A DNA stretch of 64,000 nt from an uncultured Parachlamydiaceae bacterium (lineage in GTDB: Bacteria > Chlamydiota > Chlamydiia > Chlamydiales > Parachlamydiaceae): contig CAVULX010000002.1 in the NCBI GenBank assembly GCA_963742415.1, positions 64,001-128,000 on the forward strand. The letters are read 5' to 3'. Position numbers and translations under genes: made by a program. This document shows positions 41,949-50,557 of this stretch, in pieces; position 1 is the stretch's first letter; each line of letters begins with the position of its first letter. The notes below the pieces were generated by a model, which had not been told where the DNA came from, did no database searches, and saw only the letters and a program-made list of their open reading frames with translations.

Positions 41949-43107
41949 AATACGCTTAGATTTTACCTGCAAGCAAGAAAAATATTTTCGCAAAGCCTGT
42001 GGAATAGCCCGCTTTGCATGGAATTGGGCCCTGGCAAAATGGGAAGAAATATATAAAGCTGGTGACAAACCAAATGCCTTAGAGCTTAAGAAAGAATTTA
42101 ATCGATTAAAAGAAAAAGAATTTCCTTGGGTATATGAAGTTACCAAATATGCATGTCAGCAGCCTTTTATTTACCTTCAAAGAGCTTTTCAATCGTTTTT
42201 TGAGAAAAAGACAAAATATCCGAGATATAAAAAAAAGGGAATTCACGACAGCTTTTACATAGGAGGAGATCAAGTTAAAATTATAGGAAAACAGGTAAAG
42301 ATTCCAAACCTAGGATGGGTTCGGTTGAGGGAATCTTTGCGATTTGAAGGCAAAATCAATGGTGCAACAATTTCAAGAGTAGCAGATTATTGGTTTATCA
42401 GTGTTAGTGTAGAGACAGATCAACGGCCTTCGCCATGCAAAAGCCAAGCAAGCGTGGGAGTAGATTTAGGTATTAAAAATTTGGCCACACTTTCAGATGG
42501 AAAAGTCATTCCAAATAATCAACCATTGAAACAGCAATTATATCGATTAAAACGCTACCAAAGGCGCTTAACGAAAAGACAAAAAGGCTCGCTAAATTGG
42601 CAAAAAGCAAAGAAGCGAGTGGCAAGATTGCATTACAAGATTGCATGCAATAGAAATGATGCATTGCATAAATTGACAACGATGCTGACTAACAATTATG
42701 GGAACATTAGTATCGAGGATCTAGAAATATCAAAAATGGTAAAAAATAAAAGATTATCAAGGCATATTCTAGATGGAGGCTGGTATGAATTTAGAAGGCA
42801 GCTTCAATACAAATCTGTGCTAAGAGGCAATAAAATTTTTGTTGCAGACAGATGGTATGCCTCATCAAAAAAATGTTCTTCATGTGGACATTATAAAGAA
42901 GATCTCGCTTTGTCAGAACGGGTGTATAACTGCATGGAATGCCAATTAGAAATCGATCGCGATTTGAATGCAGCTAAGTGCCTTGAAAAACTTATTAGTA
43001 CGGTAAGCTTTACCGGAATTAACGCCTGCGGACAAGACGGCTCTGTAATAATGCTCAAAACATCATTACAACCAGCTTGGATGAAGCAGGAACTAAGCCC
43101 TGTATAG
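41929..43107 (+). CDS. tnpB: RNA-guided endonuclease TnpB
   Basis: RuvC D-E-D intact (GVDLG, IEDL, DRDLNAA) and Zn finger CSSC...CMEC. Confidence 0.93.
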   Translation: MATLTHKIRLDFTCKQEKYFRKACGIARFAWNWALAKWEEIYKAGDKPNALELKKEFNRLKEKEFPWVYEVTKYACQQPFIYLQRAFQSFFEKKTKYPRYKKKGIHDSFYIGGDQVKIIGKQVKIPNLGWVRLRESLRFEGKINGATISRVADYWFISVSVETDQRPSPCKSQASVGVDLGIKNLATLSDGKVIPNNQPLKQQLYRLKRYQRRLTKRQKGSLNWQKAKKRVARLHYKIACNRNDALHKLTTMLTNNYGNISIEDLEISKMVKNKRLSRHILDGGWYEFRRQLQYKSVLRGNKIFVADRWYASSKKCSSCGHYKEDLALSERVYNCMECQLEIDRDLNAAKCLEKLISTVSFTGINACGQDGSVIMLKTSLQPAWMKQELSPV

Positions 43108-43251
43108 AAATGTACAGATTTTAGAAAGCGGAATCTGTTCTGTTAATCCAACGAGCCATTTTTAATCCTTTTGATAATGTTCATGAAAATGAACGTTATT
43201 TTGCTTAACGTTAAGAATTACGAACTTTATGCGAATGAGCAAATAAATTAA

Positions 43252-43350
43252 AAAAAAGAAGCTAGATTTTTTGAAATCAGCTCTTCTGAAATAGAGAGAA
43301 TGGCCTTAGCCTTTGATCATGAAGATCTTATAGAAGCTTTAACTTTCTAA
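43252..43350 (+). pseudogene. Possible C-terminal remnant of a HipA-family toxin
   Basis: Translates EARFFEISSSEIERMALAFDHEDLIEALTF*, resembling the EIxRMxxAFxHxDL tail of HipA-like proteins (recalled, not searched). Confidence 0.4.
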
Positions 43351-43481
43351 TGTTTACCTAAGGTGGCCCAAAAATTAGAATTTGGAGCTGCGTGAAAAGT
43401 TCAGTTTTTCTATTAGTTGCATTTTACAATAAAGAAATGTTTTAACATAATACGGACTAACTTGCAACCGCGGAGAAAAAC

Positions 43482-44611
43482 ATGAGTAGCATCACTTTGG
43501 GGATGGTTCAAACATTAGTGCTGGGAAGCTGTTCCTCTACAGAAAAATGCCCAATGAATGCGTATGAAATCACTTTAATAAAAGGAAGGGGTTTAGAAAA
43601 TGGAAAATTAAACGCCCTTAAACTTCGTTCCTTGGTGATGCATCTAGCAAAAGACAAAATCATTTACCAAGATGGCGTGACGGAAAAAGACTTTGATGAA
43701 AAGCGGGTGCGTGGAGCCAGAAAGGGTCAAATAATAACTCCATTACCGGAAGAAGTCTTATCTGAAATTTTTCATACTAACGAAAAAAAAAACTAAATTC
43801 TCCAAATAATCCTAGCAACATCAATAACTCCTGCCAAAATATAGAACTTTTCTACATTTACAACTCTTTCACTGGCATTGGAACAAACATAAAAGTCCCA
43901 GATAGATTTGTCGTTAGAGAAAAGGTAATAGAAAATTATGAAAATGAATTTGATAAAAAAATCAAAACATACGATTTGGGCAGGTTATTTGAAATGGCAA
44001 GAAAAAATGCATCTGATGTCCAAGAACCTAAATTGAATCATCCAGAATATGCAAATCTTACTTATATGAGCGAATCTAGTTATATCCGTGTTCTGGAAAG
44101 AAAAATTGATGACAGTTTCTATTCTAAATGTGCTGAAGACGACATAAATGATGCTAGAAAAAAACTTATAACCTTCATACAGAACACTTGGGCAAAATCT
44201 GCAGCCGCTGCAATGCAAGAAAACTCTAATTTAGAAAACAATAACCGGGAAACTTACTATATTTTCGATGAACTGCTTGGGTGGGGTTATAACAGAGAAA
44301 TCCCAAAAAGATTTTGTGCCCCGATAGAGAAAAAGGAATTTGTAATTATTAATGATGATTTTACAGAAATACTTGAAGATCTCAGTTTCAAGCAATTATT
44401 TGAAATGGCAAAAGAAAAAGGCACTGGCATCAGAGAAACTTATTTTAGTGAACGTGAATTTATTCTTCTTCTTGAAAAAGATCTTGATCGCGCAGAGTGG
44501 TATAAAATTGTTAATAGTTTTGATAAGCCTGATCCTCCCCATATTCAGAAAATCAAAAAAGAGATCAGAGAAAGACTCATCTTTTTCCTGCAAAAGGCAA
44601 ATATAAAATAA
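43482..44611 (+). CDS. Hypothetical repeat-domain protein (about 376 aa) split by one frameshift at an A10 run
   Basis: GGAG RBS. ORF1 reaches the A10 run at 43783-43792; the downstream frame is open from 43781 to 44611. Two LFEMA...RxxLIxFxQ units. Confidence 0.6.
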
Positions 44612-44820
44612 TGGACTTCTTTCGAAATTCGCTTTGATTAGAAAAAAGAGTCATTTTAATAATCAAATGGAACTTCGAAAGAATTCTAATATCGAATGGA
44701 TTTGGGCCAAATTCTGTTAAAAAACTGTATAAATAAACTTAAGAGGAAAGAGACGAACCATCTACCCTTTAAGTGTATTTGCACATTTTTACAGACCTCT
44801 CATTTTTATCTCCTAATTTC

Positions 44821-44849
44821 TTGCAGTGAGTTTCGCGCTGGTATATAAT
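44821..44849 (+). promoter_or_regulatory. sigma70-type promoter of ugd-ispA
   Basis: TTGCAG-N17-TATAAT, 37 bp upstream of the ATG. Confidence 0.6.
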
Positions 44850-44886
44850 GTAAATTCTTAACTCATATAAAGTTGGGATCAGTCTT

Positions 44887-46257
44887 ATGAAATTACTCGT
44901 CATCGGCACCGGTTATGTAGGGCTTGTTACAGGCACCTGCTTCGCAGAAATGGGTCACCATGTCACCTGCTTAGATATAGACAAAAGTAAAGTGGATAAA
45001 CTCAACCAGGGGATCATCCCCATTTATGAACCAGGCCTCGAAGAAATGATCAAACGGAATGTCAAATCCCATAGGTTGACATTTTCCAGCGACGCTTCCT
45101 CCTCTTTTGCCGATGCTTTCGTTTACTTCGTCGCGGTCGATACCCCTGTATCCCCCGATGGACATGCCGATATGCGCTCTGTGCAAAATGTGGTCAAAAC
45201 GATCGCCCAAAATATGAGGGAATATCGGATCATTGTTCTCAAATCGACAGTGCCTGTTGGCACTTTTAAAATTGTCAACAACTTAATACGAGAGGCTCAA
45301 AAAGAACTCGGGCTTTCTGTCCCCTTTGATGTCATCTCCAATCCTGAATTTTTGAAAGAAGGCAATGCTGTCAATGATTTCATGAAACCCGACAGAATCA
45401 TTATTGGATCCGATAGCGAGCGGGCCATCTCCGCCATGAAAGAGATCTATTCCCCTTTCATGCTCAGCCACGATAGGCTGATCATCATGGATAACGCTTC
45501 AGCCGAAATGACCAAATATGCCGCCAACGCGATGCTTGCCACCCGTATCTCATTCATGAATGAGTTCGCAGCCCTTTGCGAAATTACAGGGGCGGACATT
45601 AATAAGGTGCGGAAAGGGATCGGATCGGATAAAAGGATTGGATACAACTTTTTGTACGCAGGCCCCGGTTTTGGCGGATCCTGTTTCCCTAAAGACCTCA
45701 AAGCCATTCAAGCCACGGGAAAATCCCTCGGCTTTCCTTTACAAATCATCGAAGCTGTCGATGCCGTCAACACACGTCAGAAGGGATTGATTTGTCAAAA
45801 GATAAATCACTATTTTTCTGCCCAGGGAGGCGTAAAAGGAAAAACAATCGGAATTCTCGGTTTGTCCTTCAAGCCCGATACGGACGACGTAAGAGAGTCT
45901 TCTTCCTTAACTCTCATTCAAGAACTTTTGAAGACAAACTGTCAATTGCGCCTGTACGATCCTGTAGCGATGGGCAATGCTAAAAAGGTTTTACCAAATT
46001 CTTCCTCAATCACCTGGTGCGAAAATGAGTTAGGCGCGGCTCAAGGGGCTGACGCTCTCGTTCTTATGACCGAATGGAAACAATTTCGTTACCTCGACTT
46101 TGAACAGATCTCATCCGTCATGAAAACTCAAGTGTTTTTCGACGGCCGCAATCAATACCATCCTCAAGATATCGTCAAGTATGGCTTTGATTATATCGGC
46201 ATCGGTCAAAAGCCCGTTTTTGCCGAAGAAATGCAACACAAAAAAATGAGCCTATGA
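44887..46257 (+). CDS. ugd: UDP-glucose 6-dehydrogenase
   Basis: GTGYVGL, KSTVPVG, SNPEFLKEG, GFGGSCFPKD and LSFKPDTDDVRES motifs. Confidence 0.92.
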   Translation: MKLLVIGTGYVGLVTGTCFAEMGHHVTCLDIDKSKVDKLNQGIIPIYEPGLEEMIKRNVKSHRLTFSSDASSSFADAFVYFVAVDTPVSPDGHADMRSVQNVVKTIAQNMREYRIIVLKSTVPVGTFKIVNNLIREAQKELGLSVPFDVISNPEFLKEGNAVNDFMKPDRIIIGSDSERAISAMKEIYSPFMLSHDRLIIMDNASAEMTKYAANAMLATRISFMNEFAALCEITGADINKVRKGIGSDKRIGYNFLYAGPGFGGSCFPKDLKAIQATGKSLGFPLQIIEAVDAVNTRQKGLICQKINHYFSAQGGVKGKTIGILGLSFKPDTDDVRESSSLTLIQELLKTNCQLRLYDPVAMGNAKKVLPNSSSITWCENELGAAQGADALVLMTEWKQFRYLDFEQISSVMKTQVFFDGRNQYHPQDIVKYGFDYIGIGQKPVFAEEMQHKKMSL

Positions 46258-47171
46258 AACAAGCTGGCGACTTAAAAGCACCTCCTACCTTCTCAGTTGA
46301 CAACTATATGAAGTCAAAAAAAGGTGTTATAGAAAGCCGGTTGAAGGAACTCGTTCCAGAAGAAAAAAACGCTTACCGCTCCTTATTTGAAGCCGCACGC
46401 TATTCTCTCGTCAATGGAGGTAAAAGGATTCGCCCCATCTTGGCGCTCGCGACAACTGAAACCCTCGGCGGTCGTGAAGAATCAGCCCTCGTTCCGGCTT
46501 GCGCCCTTGAGATGATCCACACCTATTCGATGATTCACGATGACCTCCCCTGCATGGACAACGATGATTTCCGTCGCGGCAAGCCTACATTACATAAGAT
46601 TTACCCTGCAGGACACGCTGTCTTAACAGGAGATTTCTTATTGACATATGCTTTCCAAATCCTTGCAGAAGCTCCCCATCTTTCAGCGGATCAAAAAATC
46701 CAAATGATTCACGTTCTCGCCAAAAATGCGGGGGGCTCAGGCATGATTTCAGGTCAAATTATGGACATTGAAGCAGAAAACAAAATCCTCTCCCAAGACC
46801 ATTTGAATTTATTACACCAATATAAAACAGGCGCTTTACTTAAAGCCGCTGTTCTTTTTGGATGCATTGCTGCTGGAGCTGAAAAAAGGGTAGCGGACCA
46901 ACTAGAAATCTTTAGCGGAAATATCGGCTTGGCTTTTCAAATTGTGGACGATATCCTAGATGTGACTGCGAGCGAAGAAAAACACGGACGAAAGCTCCCA
47001 TCCGATGTCAACAACCATAAAACCACCTATGTCTCATCCTTGGGAATGGAGAAATCCCGCCAAACTGCTGACGCTCTACTGAAGTCTTCCTTAGAGATTC
47101 TACAAGGCCTTCCTTATAACACATCCTTGCTTGCCGGACTAGCAAAGTTCATCGTCCACCGAAATAAATAA
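46254..47171 (+). CDS. ispA: Farnesyl/geranylgeranyl diphosphate synthase
   Basis: GGKRIRP, HDDLPCMDNDDFRRGKPT, KTGAL and FQIVDDILD motifs. Confidence 0.9.
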   Translation: MKQAGDLKAPPTFSVDNYMKSKKGVIESRLKELVPEEKNAYRSLFEAARYSLVNGGKRIRPILALATTETLGGREESALVPACALEMIHTYSMIHDDLPCMDNDDFRRGKPTLHKIYPAGHAVLTGDFLLTYAFQILAEAPHLSADQKIQMIHVLAKNAGGSGMISGQIMDIEAENKILSQDHLNLLHQYKTGALLKAAVLFGCIAAGAEKRVADQLEIFSGNIGLAFQIVDDILDVTASEEKHGRKLPSDVNNHKTTYVSSLGMEKSRQTADALLKSSLEILQGLPYNTSLLAGLAKFIVHRNK

Positions 47172-47215
47172 TACTACTAGGATAAGCAGATAAATATCCC
47201 GATTTTGAAGATGTG

Positions 47216-47244
47216 TTGACATTAATAATTTAAGTTTCTACATT
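47216..47244 (+). promoter_or_regulatory. sigma70-type promoter of the M1 peptidase gene
   Basis: TTGACA-N17-TACATT, followed by a GGAGG RBS. Confidence 0.6.
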
Positions 47245-47273
47245 GCATTTTTTATTTTACTTGGAGGCAAGAT

Positions 47274-49379
47274 ATGACTTCTACAAGCAGTGTAACACCC
47301 GTTCAACCAGCGATTTGTCCTAACCCTAATCCATTACCACCTAACCCAGAGCATTGTCGAAATGTTGACTTGAAAGGATCTAATGATGCATCTCCACAAA
47401 TATCTGATGATGCATCACCACAAGTAGTTGTAAGCCCCCCAAAAGACGTATCAGTGTTGCTTACCGAAGAAGAGCAAGCCCGCGGATTAAAGCCCTGGAT
47501 GAAAGGATTTACTAAGACCTTACCCCCTCTTCCAGTGGATCATTACTCAAACGCCCGCCCGACAGAAGCCAAAACAACACACATGAGGTGGTACATTGAA
47601 GACTTTGACTTTGAAGCAAAAAAAATGACTGCAGAGGTGGAATACGATTATAAAAATATGAAACAAGAGGTGGTCGATCAAATAATACTTGATGTCAAAA
47701 ATCTAAGTATTTCATCCGTTACAGTAAATGGCCAAGAATTATCATCAGATCAATGGAGTGTGGAAAAAACAGGAGAATACCGGACCCAAGCGTTAAAAAT
47801 ACCAATACCAAAAGGGCAACAAATCGGAAAAATTTCAATTAAGTACAGCACCTCACCCGATGCTACTGGCCTTTTCTGGAGGTCTCCTGAAATGACGGAT
47901 AGTAAAAAATTTCCGATGCTGTTTACCCAAGCTGAATTTATTGATGGCCCCAGCTTTCTTCCAGGACAACATTCTCCCCAAGTCCGGATGACTTATGACC
48001 TCTGTATCAACACCGGAAGTGATGATTTAATGGCTGTAGCTAGTGCTGTTGACAACCCTGCTGAACGGAGCGATTCAGGCATCTATACGATGAAAATGCC
48101 TAATCGGATCCCTCTCTATTTGTTGGGAATTGCAGTGGGACATTTTGAGTACAAACCTTACGATGATCGTTGCGGGATCTACGCTGAAATCTGTAACTCA
48201 TCCACTGCTTATTCTAGATTCATACAACTCCCAAAATTTATTGCTAAAGCTGAGAGTCTCTTAGGGCCCTACCAATGGCAATGTTATAAGCCGATTTTGC
48301 TAACAGTGGCTTACCCTTTCGGGGCTATGGAGCATGCTTGCGCTAGCTTTTTAGGCGGGGATTGCATCGATCGGATCGAAGTGCTCATCCACGAACTCGC
48401 CCACGCATGGTCGGGAAACTGGGTCACCAATGCAAATTGGCTCGAATTCTTTTTCAACGAAGGGCTGACTTCTTATGTGGAATACAGAATCTGCGCGGAA
48501 TGCATTTCCCAAGATTACGCCTTGATGAACGTACAAACTAACCTAGATCACATGCGCGCAGAAGCGGAAAAGTGCAAGCAGGACGGGAATACGGAAAGTT
48601 TAAAACTTTGTGGAAACTTCCAAAATCAAGACCTTCACATCAGTTTAATCCCCTATGGAAAAGGGCAGCTCTTTTTTATGATGCTGGAATCAGCCATGGG
48701 TAGGGAAAAATTTGACCGGTTTTTGAAAGATTACATCGAAGTTTTTGCCCTCAAGTCGATGTGTAAGGAATGGTTTCTCGCATTTTTGAAAACATGGATC
48801 GAAAATAGCCTGCCAACAACGAATTATGCTGATTTTATGAGTAACAATAAAGTTGAAGAGTGGCTTACAGGCACTGAAATGCCTGAGAATGCTCCAAAAA
48901 TCCAAAGCAAACTTCTGGATAAAATCAACATGGCAGCCGAAAAAGCGATCCACGGGGAAGTGATGGTGGATGAGCTGAAGTCATTCAATGCAGTCATGAC
49001 GAGAACTTTCCTGAGGATGCTGGTGGGAAAAATCAGCAAAGAAAATATTGAAAAACTGGAAAAAGAAGGGATGTACTCTTCAGCCGAAAATGAAACTGTG
49101 CGTTACAGTCAGTTAAATGATTTTATTGTAAGAGGCGCCTGGGCCCAACTTTGTGCATCGGCTGGATATTTGACGGATGATTCTAAAAAATTAATTAAAG
49201 ATTTTGTGATTGCGAGAAATAGTCTGTTTTATGCCAATAATATTGTATCTGGACTCATCAAAACAGAGGAAGGGATTGAATTGGCAAAATCTATCCTGGA
49301 GCAAGGTAAAGATGAGCTTTATCCTGCTACAAAAAAAGTTATTGAAGACAATCTAGCCAAAATTAACAACCCGACATGA
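47274..49379 (+). CDS. M1-family Zn aminopeptidase, leukotriene-A4-hydrolase-like, with N-terminal extension
   Basis: FGAMEH exopeptidase motif, HELAHAWSGNWVTNA...FFNEGLTSY and PYGKG. Confidence 0.88.
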   Translation: MTSTSSVTPVQPAICPNPNPLPPNPEHCRNVDLKGSNDASPQISDDASPQVVVSPPKDVSVLLTEEEQARGLKPWMKGFTKTLPPLPVDHYSNARPTEAKTTHMRWYIEDFDFEAKKMTAEVEYDYKNMKQEVVDQIILDVKNLSISSVTVNGQELSSDQWSVEKTGEYRTQALKIPIPKGQQIGKISIKYSTSPDATGLFWRSPEMTDSKKFPMLFTQAEFIDGPSFLPGQHSPQVRMTYDLCINTGSDDLMAVASAVDNPAERSDSGIYTMKMPNRIPLYLLGIAVGHFEYKPYDDRCGIYAEICNSSTAYSRFIQLPKFIAKAESLLGPYQWQCYKPILLTVAYPFGAMEHACASFLGGDCIDRIEVLIHELAHAWSGNWVTNANWLEFFFNEGLTSYVEYRICAECISQDYALMNVQTNLDHMRAEAEKCKQDGNTESLKLCGNFQNQDLHISLIPYGKGQLFFMMLESAMGREKFDRFLKDYIEVFALKSMCKEWFLAFLKTWIENSLPTTNYADFMSNNKVEEWLTGTEMPENAPKIQSKLLDKINMAAEKAIHGEVMVDELKSFNAVMTRTFLRMLVGKISKENIEKLEKEGMYSSAENETVRYSQLNDFIVRGAWAQLCASAGYLTDDSKKLIKDFVIARNSLFYANNIVSGLIKTEEGIELAKSILEQGKDELYPATKKVIEDNLAKINNPT

Positions 49380-49403
49380 ACCAAAGAAATTATTAACAAC
49401 CAT

Positions 49404-49490
49404 ATGGACGAGATGGGCAAAATGATCATGAATGGAAACCATTGCCCCTTATGTCTGTCCATCTCGTCCATGTAGTCCATTTTGTCCATT
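49404..49490. repeat. Fold-back with 9-bp-period GTCCAT units
   Basis: ATGGACGAGATGGGCA (49404-49419) pairs with TGTCCATCTCGTCCAT (49456-49471). GTCCAT occurs at 49457, 49466, 49475 and 49484. Confidence 0.7.
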
Positions 49491-49495
49491 CTAAA

Positions 49496-49560
49496 ACCTC
49501 CCGGAAGGGAGGTCAGTGGGGAGCCCCGCGTGAAACGAGCGAAGCGAATGAAACCTGGGG
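49496..49560. repeat. REP-like GC-rich double hairpin
   Basis: ACCTCCC-GGAA-GGGAGGT, then CCCC...GAGCGAAGCGA...CCTGGGG. Confidence 0.5.
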
Positions 49561-49566
49561 AAACTC

Positions 49567-49679
49567 TTCTTTTTTGTTTTACCGGGAGACGAAACGCAAA
49601 TCCAAGAACTCTATTCAAGATGGCATGCGGGGCCAAAGTTTTAATCGTCCGATAAGCATTTGTTTGGCAGTTCGAATGT
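49567..49679 (-). repeat. Displaced copy of the ribF 3' end plus downstream DNA (direct repeat of 52464-52576)
   Basis: 113 bp with 5 mismatches; encodes the same IRTAKQMLIGRLKLWPRMPS*. Confidence 0.9.
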
Positions 49680-49936
49680 ATTTCAGATCAAACATATATT
49701 CAAGTAATTGGCTTTTTAATTCGCTTTTGATTAATACAATAAATTTTAAGTAAAAAACAAATGAATTAAATTTAATTCTAAATTAAAACTCACAAATAAA
49801 AAGAATATGTTTCCAATAAATCTTTCAAGTTCAAGCGATAGCTTTAAAAATATTTGTACCCAGCTAAGCCGCTTTGGAGAAAAAGGGTTAATAACAGCTT
49901 GATAAAATCTATACAAATCTGATAATATCTACTCAT

Positions 49937-50557
49937 ATGAGTAGATTTGTTAAGATTGGCAAAGCAGCAGAAATATTAGGTGTTTCTGTTCAAACTTTGA
50001 GGCGGTGGGAATTGCAAGGATCACTTAAGCCCGACCGCCGAAGTTCTGGTAAAACACGATATTATAATTTAGACAAGCTATTAGGATTAAAATTCCCTAA
50101 AAGCGATCTAACAATTGGCTATGCGAGAGTTTCAAGCCACGACCAAAAAGAAGATTTAGTAAGACAAACCAAATTGCTTTCTTCCTTCTGTACCTCACAT
50201 GGATGGGACCATGAAATCATTCAAGATCTTGGATCCGGAATGAATTATTATAAAAAGAGCTTGAAAAAGCTTTTAGATTTGATTTTAGACAAAAAAATCC
50301 GAAGATTGGTTTTAACTCATAAAGATCGCTTGCTTCGATTTGGGGCAGAGCTTATATTTGCACTCTGTCAAGCACGCCAAGTTGAAGTAGTCATCATCAA
50401 TCAAGGTGATGATGTTTCTTTTGAAGAAGAACTTGCCAAAGATGTATTGGAGATTATTACAGTATTTTCTGCAAGATTATATGGGGCGAGAAGCCACAAA
50501 AATAAAAAGCTTGTTGAAGCAGCTAGGGTTTTAGTTAATGGCAACGCTCACACATAA
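49937..50557 (+). CDS. tnpA: IS607 serine recombinase/transposase
   Basis: Seven amino-acid differences from copy 1; catalytic YARVSS intact. Confidence 0.93.
   Translation: MSRFVKIGKAAEILGVSVQTLRRWELQGSLKPDRRSSGKTRYYNLDKLLGLKFPKSDLTIGYARVSSHDQKEDLVRQTKLLSSFCTSHGWDHEIIQDLGSGMNYYKKSLKKLLDLILDKKIRRLVLTHKDRLLRFGAELIFALCQARQVEVVIINQGDDVSFEEELAKDVLEIITVFSARLYGARSHKNKKLVEAARVLVNGNAHT

Larger units (their letters stand above)
41277..43131 (+). mobile_element. IS607-family insertion sequence, copy 1
   Basis: tnpA + tnpB, no terminal IR, GG at both ends. Similarity with copy 2 runs from AAGGGTTAATAAC to AAGCGG. Confidence 0.9.

Noticed and set aside
49319-49753. ORFs 49319-49636 (-) and 49442-49753 (+), and the similar 52387-52701 (+)
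   Set aside because: They are translations of repeats and of the ribF antisense strand; their mutual similarity comes from the 113-bp duplication.
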